Below are positions 20,296-28,778 of a stretch of DNA of 64,000 bases, one piece after another. The stretch is from Polyangiaceae bacterium. GTDB lineage: Bacteria; Myxococcota_A; Polyangia; Polyangiales; Polyangiaceae. Below the pieces are notes generated by a model. That model saw only the letters and a program-made list of their open reading frames with translations, did no database searches and was not told where the DNA came from. The DNA is taken from NCBI GenBank assembly GCA_046351325.1, contig JAXLYR010000002.1, forward strand, positions 688,334-752,333, in the 5' to 3' direction. Each line of letters starts with the position of its first letter. Position 1 is the stretch's first letter. Made by a program: the position numbers and the translations under genes.

Positions 20296-21408
20296 ATGTT
20301 CGACTACGAGAAGCGCTTCGAAACGGTTGCGGAGATCGCCAGGGCACAAGCCACCAAGACGGACGTGGGGGCCTTCCCCGAGGCCTCCCTGAAGGCCCTC
20401 GCAGAGAACGGATTCTTCGGCCTGATCTCGAGCCCCGAGGTCGGCGGTCACGGGCTCGGGATGGAGGCCGCGGCTTGGGTCATCGAACGCCTGGCCCGCG
20501 AGTGCGGATCGAGCGCGATGGTGCTCACGATGCACTACGCGGCGACCGTCGTGATCGAGCAGCTCGGACCCATCGACATCCGCCGCGCGATCGCGCGCGG
20601 TGAGCACCTCTCCACGCTCGCCTTCAGCGAGCCCGGTTCGCGCAGCCATTTCTGGGCTCCGCTCGGCACCGCAGCTTCCGAGAGCGATGGCGCGCGCCTC
20701 GATGGCAAGAAGAGCTTCGTTACTTCGGCGCGGCACGCCGACACCTACGTCTGGTCGAGCAAACCTCTCGCGGGCAACGAGCTGAGCTCGCTCTGGCTCG
20801 TCCCGCGCACGACGCACGGCCTGCGCATCGACGCTCCCTTCGACGGGCTCGGCCTGCGTGGCAACGACTCGAGCCCCGTGACCGCCGAGGCCGCGCGCGT
20901 GCCGCGCTCGGCGCTCCTCGGTGAGGACGGCGCTGGCTTCGGCGTGATGATCAACACCGTGCTTCCTTGGTTCAACGTCCTGCTCACGGCGAACTCGCTC
21001 GGCCTGATGGAGTCGGCGGTCGAGAAGGTCGCGGGCCACGTCCGGGCGGCCTCCCTCGCGCACGCGTCGAGCTCGCTCGCGGACCTCCCGACGGTGCGCG
21101 CGTACATCGCCCGCATGCGGATCGCCACGGATCAGACGCGCGCGCTCCTCCGCGACACCATCGCGGCGATCTCGACCGGTCGCGCGGACGCGACCTTGCG
21201 CGTGCTCGAGTGCAAGGCCGCCTCGGGCGAGAGCGCCATCACCGTCACCGACCTCGCGATGCGCGTCGCAGGCGGCGCCGCGTTCCGCAAGGAGCTCGGC
21301 CTCGAGCGCGCGTTCCGCGACGCGCGCGCGTCCGTCGTGATGGGTCCGACGGCGGACGTCCTCTACGATTTCATCGGCAAGGCCGTGTGCGGCCTCCCAC
21401 TCTTTTGA
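20296..21408 (+). CDS. Acyl-CoA dehydrogenase-fold flavoprotein (SfnB/DszC-like; catalytic Glu not conserved)
   Basis: ACAD N-terminal, middle and C-terminal domains are recognisable. The YEGTSEI catalytic-base region is replaced by MGPTADV. Start trimmed to the ATG at 20296. Confidence 0.65.
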   Translation: MFDYEKRFETVAEIARAQATKTDVGAFPEASLKALAENGFFGLISSPEVGGHGLGMEAAAWVIERLARECGSSAMVLTMHYAATVVIEQLGPIDIRRAIARGEHLSTLAFSEPGSRSHFWAPLGTAASESDGARLDGKKSFVTSARHADTYVWSSKPLAGNELSSLWLVPRTTHGLRIDAPFDGLGLRGNDSSPVTAEAARVPRSALLGEDGAGFGVMINTVLPWFNVLLTANSLGLMESAVEKVAGHVRAASLAHASSSLADLPTVRAYIARMRIATDQTRALLRDTIAAISTGRADATLRVLECKAASGESAITVTDLAMRVAGGAAFRKELGLERAFRDARASVVMGPTADVLYDFIGKAVCGLPLF

Positions 21409-21418
21409 GGTCAAACGA

Positions 21419-22255
21419 ATGAGAGAGCTCGTCCTCGGCGCCGTCGCTTACGACGCGAAGGTCGTCCCGATTTGGGAGGGCTTCCGCGCCTTCTTCACCG
21501 CGCGCGATCTGCCCTTCGATTTCGTCCTCTATTCGAACTACGAGCGCCAGGTCGAGGCTCACCTCGCGGGCGCGATCGACGTCGCGTGGAACTCGCCGCT
21601 CGCGTGGATCGAGAGCGATCGCGCCGCCAAGGTGCAGGGCCGCCGCGCGACCGCGGTCGCGATGCGCGACACCGATCGCGATCTCACGAGCGTCGTGCTC
21701 GTGCGCGCCGACTCGGCCATTCGCTCGGTCGCCGACCTCCGCGGCGCGCGCGTCGGCGTCGGCGCCGCGGACTCCCCGCAAGCGACGCTCATCCCGCTCG
21801 GCGCGCTCGGCGAGGCCTCCGTCGAGGTCCAAGCGGTTCGGCACGACGTGCTCGTCGGCAAACACGGCGATCACATCGGCGGCGAGCGCGACGCGGTGAA
21901 GGCGCTGCTCTCGGGTGCGGTCGACGCAGCGTGCATCATCGACGGCAATCGCCTCGCGTTCTCGCGCGAGGGGCTCATCGGCACGAGCGGCCCGAGCGCG
22001 GTGCGCGTCGTCCACCAGACCGAGCCCTACGATCACTGCAACTTCACCGTGCTCGACGACGGCCACCCGAACACCTCGCGCTTCGTCGAGCTGCTCCTCG
22101 CCATGTCCTACGACGACCCGACGCTGCGGCCGCTCCTCGACATGGAGGGGCTGACCAAGTGGCTCCCCGGTCGCGTGTCGGGCTACGCCGCGCTCGAGCG
22201 CGCGGTCGATCGCTTCCACTACCTCGACGACTGGCTCTCGCGGATCGCGAAGTGA
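21419..22255 (+). CDS. SsuA/NMT1/PhnD-like substrate-binding-fold protein, no signal peptide
   Basis: 278-aa periplasmic-binding-protein type II fold pattern. No N-terminal signal sequence. Confidence 0.45.
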   Translation: MRELVLGAVAYDAKVVPIWEGFRAFFTARDLPFDFVLYSNYERQVEAHLAGAIDVAWNSPLAWIESDRAAKVQGRRATAVAMRDTDRDLTSVVLVRADSAIRSVADLRGARVGVGAADSPQATLIPLGALGEASVEVQAVRHDVLVGKHGDHIGGERDAVKALLSGAVDAACIIDGNRLAFSREGLIGTSGPSAVRVVHQTEPYDHCNFTVLDDGHPNTSRFVELLLAMSYDDPTLRPLLDMEGLTKWLPGRVSGYAALERAVDRFHYLDDWLSRIAK

Positions 22256-23430
22256 CTTCGAGCGCGAGCGAGCCCGTCGAGCTCGGCGATCTCGGCTTCG
22301 ACGAGGGCGCGCACCTCCTCGTCGCGCGCGCGCTCGCCACGAGCGGCGAGCGTCGCGTCCTCGTCCGCGGCACGGCGCCCGAGCTCGCGATCGACCTGCG
22401 CGCTTGGTGTCGGTCGCGCGGTCACGGTTTCGAGCTCTCTTCCGAGGGCCTCTTCATCGAGCGCGGGAGCGCAGATCGCCTGGCGGGGGCCGAGCGCGCG
22501 GGCACGGTCGCCGCGCCCGTCGAGCACGCTCCGGCGCGTTGGGGGCTCGCAGCGCGTGGCGCGCTCGTCGAGGCCGGCGCGCCCGAGCTCGATCTGCCGA
22601 TCGCTGACAAACACCTCGTTTGGGCCGACGAAGCAGCGCGCCTCTACGCGCAGGCCGCGGCGGCGCAGTGGGACCCCGCGACGGCGATCCCCTGGGACGC
22701 GCCCGTCGACCACCCGCCCGAGGTCGAGGACGCCATCGTGCAGCTCATGACCTACCTCATCGAGAACGAGACGGCCGCGCTCCTCGTGCCCGTGCGCTTC
22801 CTCGGGCGACTGCATCCGCACTTCCGCGAGGTCATGCAGCTGCTCGCGATCCAAGCCGCCGACGAGGCTCGCCACATCGAGGTCTTCACGCGGCGCGCGT
22901 CGCTCCGTCGCGAGGTCCTCGGCCTCTCGACCGCGGGTGGTCAGGCCTCGCTCGCCACGCTCTTCGACGAGCCGGACTTCGCGGTCGCGAGCTTCCTCCT
23001 CGCCGTCCTGGGTGAGGGCTCGTTCCTCTCGCTCCTCTGGTTCATCAAGGCGCACGCTCCCGACGCATGCACGAGCGCCGTCGCCCGGCTCGCCGCGCAG
23101 GACGAGGCTCGCCACGTCGCGTTCGGGCTCGCCCACCTCGGCCGGCACCTCGAGCTCGATCCGCTCTTGCGTGGCAGGCTCGCGCTCGCCGTCGAGCGCA
23201 GACACGCCGCGCTCGCGAACACCGCCGGCCTCAACTCCGAGGTCTTCGACGCGCTCGTCCTCGTCGCCGCCGGCAGCTGGGAGCCCGCGGCGCTCCGGCG
23301 CGGCCACGCCGCGGTGGTCGATCTCCACCGCGAGATGCACGACGGCCGCCGTCAGCGGCTCGCGCGGCTCGGCTTCGACGCGGACAGCGCAGCGGCGCTC
23401 TCGGCCTTACACACGCGTAACTTCATGTAG
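22252..23430 (+). CDS. TusA-like domain fused to ferritin-like diiron-carboxylate domain
   Basis: N-terminal IDLRAWCRSRGH resembles the TusA/SirA sulfur-carrier signature. The C-terminus has two E...ExxH pairs (ENE...DEARHIEVF; GEGS...DEARHVAFG) typical of diiron oxygenases and ferritin-like proteins. The GTG start overlaps the upstream stop (GTGA). Confidence 0.5.
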   Translation: MTSSASEPVELGDLGFDEGAHLLVARALATSGERRVLVRGTAPELAIDLRAWCRSRGHGFELSSEGLFIERGSADRLAGAERAGTVAAPVEHAPARWGLAARGALVEAGAPELDLPIADKHLVWADEAARLYAQAAAAQWDPATAIPWDAPVDHPPEVEDAIVQLMTYLIENETAALLVPVRFLGRLHPHFREVMQLLAIQAADEARHIEVFTRRASLRREVLGLSTAGGQASLATLFDEPDFAVASFLLAVLGEGSFLSLLWFIKAHAPDACTSAVARLAAQDEARHVAFGLAHLGRHLELDPLLRGRLALAVERRHAALANTAGLNSEVFDALVLVAAGSWEPAALRRGHAAVVDLHREMHDGRRQRLARLGFDADSAAALSALHTRNFM

Positions 23431-23436
23431 CGCGCG

Positions 23437-24246
23437 TCACAGCTTGAACACGCGCCGCGCGTTCTCACCGAGGAAGAGCGCGCGGGCCTCGGCGTCGAGG
23501 CCGAGCTGATCGAGCCCCTCGAGCGCCGCGGCCGGCAGGATCATCGGATAGTTCGACCCGAAGAGGACCTTGCGACGGCCGCCCGCGCGCAGATATCGGA
23601 CGAGCTCCTCGGGATACCGCCTTACCGTGTAAGCCGAAGTGTCGATATAGACATTGGGGTACTTGCGCGCGAGCGAGATCATCTCCTCGGTCCAGGGGTA
23701 ACCGATGTGTCCCGCGACGATCACGAGCTCGGGGAACTCGAGGGCGACGTCGTCGAGATACGGTATGGGTCGCCCCGTCTCGGACCGGCGCAGCGGCCCC
23801 GTGTGCCCGACCTGCGTGCAGAACGGGACGCCGAGCTCCACGCACTCTGCGTAGAGTGGATAGTAGCGGCGGTCGTTGGGAGGTAGGTCCCAGAGCCAGG
23901 GCAACATGCGCAGGCCCTTCATCCCGAGCTTCTGGACACACCGGCGCAGCTCTCGCACGGCGGACATCGGCCTGTGGAGGTCGACCGACGCGAGGCCCGC
24001 GAACCGGGTCGGGTGGCTCGCGACCCACGCCGCGACTTGGTCGTTGGAGATGAGCGGACCCATCGGACCCCACCAAGCCGACAGCATGCCGAACTCGATG
24101 TTGGCGGCGTCCATGGCAGCAATCGTCATGTCGATAGGCAGCTCGTCGGTGGGGACTTGCGAGCCAGTCCACCGCATCAGCGACTCGAACATGTCCTGGC
24201 GCAAGAGGTGTGGAGTCGGGTGCTGCATCCAAGCGTCGATTGTCAT
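23437..24246 (-). CDS. Amidohydrolase-2 family metal-dependent hydrolase (ACMSD-like)
   Basis: 269 aa with TIM-barrel amidohydrolase motifs (GHIGYPW, IDTSAY, VLFGSNYP). The upstream 1 kb of the tracked ORF is a wrong-frame shadow of the methyltransferase gene. Confidence 0.7.
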   Translation of the reverse strand: MTIDAWMQHPTPHLLRQDMFESLMRWTGSQVPTDELPIDMTIAAMDAANIEFGMLSAWWGPMGPLISNDQVAAWVASHPTRFAGLASVDLHRPMSAVRELRRCVQKLGMKGLRMLPWLWDLPPNDRRYYPLYAECVELGVPFCTQVGHTGPLRRSETGRPIPYLDDVALEFPELVIVAGHIGYPWTEEMISLARKYPNVYIDTSAYTVRRYPEELVRYLRAGGRRKVLFGSNYPMILPAAALEGLDQLGLDAEARALFLGENARRVFKL

Positions 24247-24579
24247 GATGAGCGCGAGCGTACGTGATTGACGAACTCCAGACTTTGCGAGAAGGTAGCG
24301 ATCGGCCGCGCGCTCCGGCCTCACCTCGCGTTGACCGTCCCCCCACGGTCCCCCAGCGAGGCGAAGAGGGTTGACCTCGGAGCTCTCGGAGCCACGTCTC
24401 TTCACCACGTTTGCCGGTAGGGGGGTGCCAGCCACGTGGTCGGAGCAGACGACATGCCGAGCCACCTCAAAGAACGAGTCCGCACCCGCATGGAAAAGAC
24501 GGGTGAGAGCCACCAACAGGCCCTGCGCCAGGTCCGTCGGCAGGGGCCGAGCGACGGCGGCAGCGATCGAAACGAGCGG

Positions 24580-25356
24580 ATGCGGACCGTCTCCGACACC
24601 GCGTTCTCGATGACCGTCGTGCGCGCCGCGGAGGGTGAGCTGCCTGTGGCCGAGCGCCTGTTCGAGGACCCTTATGCGACCTACTTCGCGGCCGCGGGCG
24701 CCCACGCCGCGGAGAACACGCAGCGCTTCTTGGAGCTGCCGTTCTTCGTCGACGGCATCAGGCTGCGGACGCGTTTCATCGACGACGTCGTCCGAGAGGG
24801 ACTCGCCGCCGGCCTCACCCAGGTCGTCGTCCTCGGCGCCGGCTTCGACGCGCGCGCCCTGCGAATGCGAGAGATCGTCGAGCGCCACGCGCGCGTCTTC
24901 GAGGTCGACACCGCCGAGCAACTCAGTCGTAAACGGCGCGTGCTCGCGAGCGCCGGCGTGCGGCTTCCGGCCTACGACCGCTATGTGCCATACGAGTTCG
25001 GTGCTGTCCGCGACGAGGCCGAGGCCGAGCTCGCGCTCTCGGCGGCGCTCGCCAAGAAGGGCTTTCGCAGCGGAGCGGGTGCTGTCTTCGTCTGGGAGGG
25101 CGTCATTGGCTACATCACGGACGCCGAGATCGATTGGACGCTCCGCTTCATGGTCAAAGCGGGTGGGCCGGAGAGCCGCGTCGCCTTCACGTTCGGCCCG
25201 TGGAGCTTCGACCCCGACGGCGCTCGAGCGCGCTTGATGCACTTGGGCTTTCGCGCCTGCGATGAGCTCAATGGCGAAGAGCTCTGGCGGCGCTATTGGA
25301 CGACCGAACCGCACCCGGCGGCGCACGTCATGCGCATCGCCGCGGCGCGGGTATAG
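24580..25356 (+). CDS. Class I SAM-dependent O-methyltransferase (TIGR00027/LCM-like)
   Basis: The start MRTVSDTAF...TVVRAAE and the SAM-binding VVVLGAGFDARALR motif are characteristic of the putative S-adenosylmethionine-dependent methyltransferase family. Confidence 0.7.
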   Translation: MRTVSDTAFSMTVVRAAEGELPVAERLFEDPYATYFAAAGAHAAENTQRFLELPFFVDGIRLRTRFIDDVVREGLAAGLTQVVVLGAGFDARALRMREIVERHARVFEVDTAEQLSRKRRVLASAGVRLPAYDRYVPYEFGAVRDEAEAELALSAALAKKGFRSGAGAVFVWEGVIGYITDAEIDWTLRFMVKAGGPESRVAFTFGPWSFDPDGARARLMHLGFRACDELNGEELWRRYWTTEPHPAAHVMRIAAARV

Positions 25357-25369
25357 CGTTACATAAATG

Positions 25370-26779
25370 TCACTTCGGGGCGATGGTCACGACGGCCGGG
25401 TCGCCCGTCGGGGCCTTGTCGACGACGAGCTTGCCGTCGGCGGTCGTCGTCTCGCAGCCATCGCACTGGACGGTATAGCCGGTCGGATACACGCGCGCCG
25501 GCACGGAGATCTCGGTCGGCGCTGTGATGGACGCGTCGGGCTTGTACGTCAACGTGAAGGTCTGGGTCGCGGGGTCGAACGCGTAGCTCACGGGGTCCCC
25601 CGCGACGCGCTCCGGCCAGGGCCGCACCAACGTCGAGACCAGAGGCTCACGCTCGGCGCCGTCGGCGTCGAGCACGCTGTAGCCCCCGCCGCGGTCGTAG
25701 GCCCAATAGGTGGTACCCGCGGCCGACGCGCCGAAGGCGTCATATTCGGCCGTCATGTACTCGACGATCCCGGGGGAGTCGGCCATTCCGCCGTACTCGC
25801 CAATCCATAGCGCCGCGCCGAGGGCGTTCGCCTCGTCCGCGAGGGCCTGCCCATTGTCGAGCACGTATTGGCGCTGCGCGGGGTCGAAGCCCATCCCCGA
25901 CTCCGCGTCTCGGTCGTACGAGTGGGGCGAGTAGACGACGCCTTTGAATGGGAGCTTCGTCAGGCCGGTGGGCAAGCCCAAATTGCGGCTCGACGCGGGC
26001 TCGAGGAACGCTATCCAGTCAGGGCGAACCTCACGAACCTTCGGGACGACATCCTCGTAGAGGACTTGCAGTTTGTCGGCCTCGAAGGCCGTCATCGAAT
26101 AGGAGCCCCAATAGGGTTCGTTCATCGGGTCGAAGCCCAAGATGACATCGTCGTAACCCTCCAGGCGGCTCGCGACTCGACGCCAAGCCTCGGCGTACTC
26201 GGCTTGGAGCTCGGGCGTGTTCCAGAAATGGTCGTAACAAGCGGTGACCTGAGCGCTGAGATAATTGTAGAACCACTGGCTCGGGTTCGGCACGAACGAC
26301 GCATAGTTGGCTTCATCGCAGGTCCAGCGCGGCGCGCCGTCGCCGCCCCCCGACGCGAAGCCCTCTCCGTAGACGTCTTGGTGCATGTCGAGCACGACGA
26401 AGAGCCCAGCCTCACGCGCCCAGTCCATTCGCTCGGCGAGGGCGTCGAGGTACGCCTCGTCGAAGACGCCCTCCTCCGGCTCGACGGCGGCCCACGTGAT
26501 GAGGAAGCGCACCGCGTTCATGCCCCAGTCGGCGCGGACCCGCTGGAAATCCTCGAGCGTATGGAACGAGAAATAGGGCGCTGCCTTGTGCGCGCCCGCG
26601 AGGTTCAAACCCCTCAAGAGGAGCGCGCGACCGTCATCGTCGCGGATGAAGCCGTCGCGAACGCGCGAGGCCTCCTCGACCGGCGGGGGCGTGTCCGAGG
26701 GCGGGTCGCACGAGGCGCCGAGGCAAGCGAGCCCCAAAGCCAGCGAGGGCGCGAACAGGGCAGCGAGGCGCGACTTCAC
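25370..26779 (-). CDS. Glycoside hydrolase family 5 lipoprotein
   Basis: Signal peptide plus lipobox, GH5 catalytic NEP (FDPMNEPY) and upstream acid/base region. Cellulase-type TIM barrel. Confidence 0.75.
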   Translation of the reverse strand: MKSRLAALFAPSLALGLACLGASCDPPSDTPPPVEEASRVRDGFIRDDDGRALLLRGLNLAGAHKAAPYFSFHTLEDFQRVRADWGMNAVRFLITWAAVEPEEGVFDEAYLDALAERMDWAREAGLFVVLDMHQDVYGEGFASGGGDGAPRWTCDEANYASFVPNPSQWFYNYLSAQVTACYDHFWNTPELQAEYAEAWRRVASRLEGYDDVILGFDPMNEPYWGSYSMTAFEADKLQVLYEDVVPKVREVRPDWIAFLEPASSRNLGLPTGLTKLPFKGVVYSPHSYDRDAESGMGFDPAQRQYVLDNGQALADEANALGAALWIGEYGGMADSPGIVEYMTAEYDAFGASAAGTTYWAYDRGGGYSVLDADGAEREPLVSTLVRPWPERVAGDPVSYAFDPATQTFTLTYKPDASITAPTEISVPARVYPTGYTVQCDGCETTTADGKLVVDKAPTGDPAVVTIAPK

Positions 26780-26942
26780 CGGGGGATCTTCGCGCCCGAG
26801 GCCCGAGCTGTCCAGAGCCCGTGCTGCGTGGTTACAGAGCTGTCACGACTGGGGTGGAGTCGCACCGGGGCAGTGGTCCTTGGACGCGGCTTCTTGTAGC
26901 CTCCCGACCCAATCACGGTTTGAATTTCGTAGGCGAACGACG

Positions 26943-27800
26943 ATGAATAGAGCACTCGACGGCAAAGTAGTCCTTATTACTGGTGCAACCGAAGGCGTGG
27001 GCAAGGCTGCCGCGCTCGAGCTCGCTCGCCAGGGCGCCAAACTGGTTCTGGTGGGCCGAAACCCAGAGAAGACCCAGCGGGTGGTAAGCGAGGTGCAAAA
27101 CGTCGCGAGTCATCCGGTCGAGCAAATCATCGCTGACATGTCGTCGATGGCGGACGTGCGCCGCGTCGCCAAAGAGTTTCTCGCCAAGCACGACCGCCTC
27201 GATGTTCTGGCCAACAACGCGGGTGCGCTCGTCAACGACTACATACTGTCGGCCGATGGCTTTGAGATGACGTTTGCGCTCAACCACATGGGGTACTTCT
27301 TGCTCACGGCCGAGCTCTTGAATGTCCTCAAGAAGACGCCTGGCGCTCGCATCATCAGCACCTCTAGTGGAGCGCACAATTCAGGCCGAATCGACCTGGA
27401 GACCTTCGTCAAGCGAAACGGGCGAGCGGGCTTTTCGGCGTACACAGCGTCCAAGCTCGCCAATATATTGTTCACGCGCGAGTTGGCGCGCCGGATAGAA
27501 GGCAGCGGCGTCGTCGCAAACTGCTTTCATCCAGGGTTCGTGCGGACTGGCTTCGGCGTCAGCAATAAGGACATTCTTGGTAAAGCCATTGGCGTGGTTG
27601 CTAGCATCTTCGGTCGAACCCCGGAGAAGGGCGCCGAGACCCTCGTGTGGCTGGCCACCAGTGAAGAGGGGGGTCGTGTGTCGGGCCAGTACTTCTTCAA
27701 TAACAAGGTCGCGAAAATCTCGAAGCGCGCTCAAGACGACGTCATGGCAAAGAAGCTCTGGGAGCTCAGCGAACGGCTAGCCGCTAAACAGGCCTCCTAA
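26943..27800 (+). CDS. Short-chain dehydrogenase/reductase (SDR)
   Basis: TGATEGVGKA Rossmann motif, NNAG, and catalytic YTASK (YxxxK). Confidence 0.85.
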   Translation: MNRALDGKVVLITGATEGVGKAAALELARQGAKLVLVGRNPEKTQRVVSEVQNVASHPVEQIIADMSSMADVRRVAKEFLAKHDRLDVLANNAGALVNDYILSADGFEMTFALNHMGYFLLTAELLNVLKKTPGARIISTSSGAHNSGRIDLETFVKRNGRAGFSAYTASKLANILFTRELARRIEGSGVVANCFHPGFVRTGFGVSNKDILGKAIGVVASIFGRTPEKGAETLVWLATSEEGGRVSGQYFFNNKVAKISKRAQDDVMAKKLWELSERLAAKQAS

Positions 27801-27839
27801 GGCACGCGAGCCGACCCAAGCGGTACGTCGAATTGGGCC

Positions 27840-28559
27840 TTGTTTCCCTGGAAAATCCCAGCGAGAAGAACGCCAATCCAGATGGTCTACGAGGCGCAAG
27901 CAGAGGTGTGCCAGCGTCACGAGGCGAGCTACCGTAGTTCCGGTCCTGAGTTTGTAAGGGTGCTAGGACAGGGACGCACATCATCGGTCGGCCCCGGTCT
28001 AGCCTTCCTTCTGATGCTGGTCCTCCCTCTCGGCTGTGGGGACTCCAGGAGCGCAGGCGGCTGGCATGGGAGTGACACTGTCGAGGTGGTGGACGGGCCG
28101 AGCGGGACCGCGCAGCAGAACGCCGCTGCGACGATGACTCCAAGTGTCGTCCCAACACAGTCAGGTGCCGCCGCTCCAGCGACGCCCTCGGTCGCTCAGC
28201 TCGAGACGGCGTCCGCGTCCGCGAGCGGGTTGGTGACGAGACCACCCAACGTCCGTGGAGATATGGGGGCCACGGGCAAGCTCCCGCCAGAGGTGATCCA
28301 ACGCGTCATTCGCCAGAACTTCAGTCGCGTGCGGCTCTGCTACGAGGAAGGCCTCAAGAAGGACCCCAAGCTCGCGGGGCGCGTGACCATCAACTTCGTG
28401 ATCGGGCGCGATGGCTCAGCGTGCTCTGTCAGCGGTGGTGGCGTGCCAGACGCCGCCCTCGTCAACTGCGTGACGAAGACCTTCTACACACTGAAATTCC
28501 CGAAGCCCGAGGGTGGCATTGTCAAGGTTACCTATCCAATCGAGTTCCAGCCTGATTAA
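27840..28559 (+). CDS. AgmX/PglI C-terminal domain protein (myxobacterial gliding-associated family)
   Basis: The C-terminal 90 aa (VIQRVIRQNFSRVRLCYEEGL...VNCVTKTFYTLKFPKPEGGIVKVTYPIEF) match the AgmX/PglI domain. Internal signal/TM segment. Start uncertain. Confidence 0.5.
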   Translation: MFPWKIPARRTPIQMVYEAQAEVCQRHEASYRSSGPEFVRVLGQGRTSSVGPGLAFLLMLVLPLGCGDSRSAGGWHGSDTVEVVDGPSGTAQQNAAATMTPSVVPTQSGAAAPATPSVAQLETASASASGLVTRPPNVRGDMGATGKLPPEVIQRVIRQNFSRVRLCYEEGLKKDPKLAGRVTINFVIGRDGSACSVSGGGVPDAALVNCVTKTFYTLKFPKPEGGIVKVTYPIEFQPD

Positions 28560-28605
28560 CCTAACCCGGCGAACGACACTCGGCTGAACAAGGAGAGATG
28601 CGGCG

Positions 28606-28683
28606 TGGCGTCCCCAGCGGGATTCGAACCCGCGTGACAGCCTTGAAAGGGCTGGGTCCTGGGCCGGACTAGACGATGGGGAC
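28606..28683 (-). tRNA. tRNA-Glu (anticodon UUC)
   Basis: The reverse complement reads GUCCCCAUCGUCUAGUCCGGCCCAGGACCCAGCCCUUUCAAGGCUGUCACGCGGGUUCGAAUCCCGCUGGGGACGCCA. It has 7-bp acceptor stem pairing, a GTTCGAATC T-loop, a CUUUCAA anticodon loop and an encoded CCA. It is near-identical in architecture to E. coli tRNA-Glu. Confidence 0.9.
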
Positions 28684-28778
28684 TCTGTTTATGTGACGAG
28701 CTCGGTCGGCGTCGCCTGACGCTGGCGGCGCTCGAACCGCGAGCAGCGCGAACGAGACGCGGCTAAGGTCCCGCCCCT

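Noticed and set aside
21472-22251. 5' part of the 652-aa ORF overlapping the SBP-like gene
   Set aside because: Wrong-frame overlap. The recognisable TusA/diiron protein begins at the GTG at 22252.
24247-25326. Upstream 360 codons of the 629-aa minus-strand ORF
   Set aside because: Antisense to the SAM methyltransferase. The amidohydrolase homology starts at the Met at 24246.
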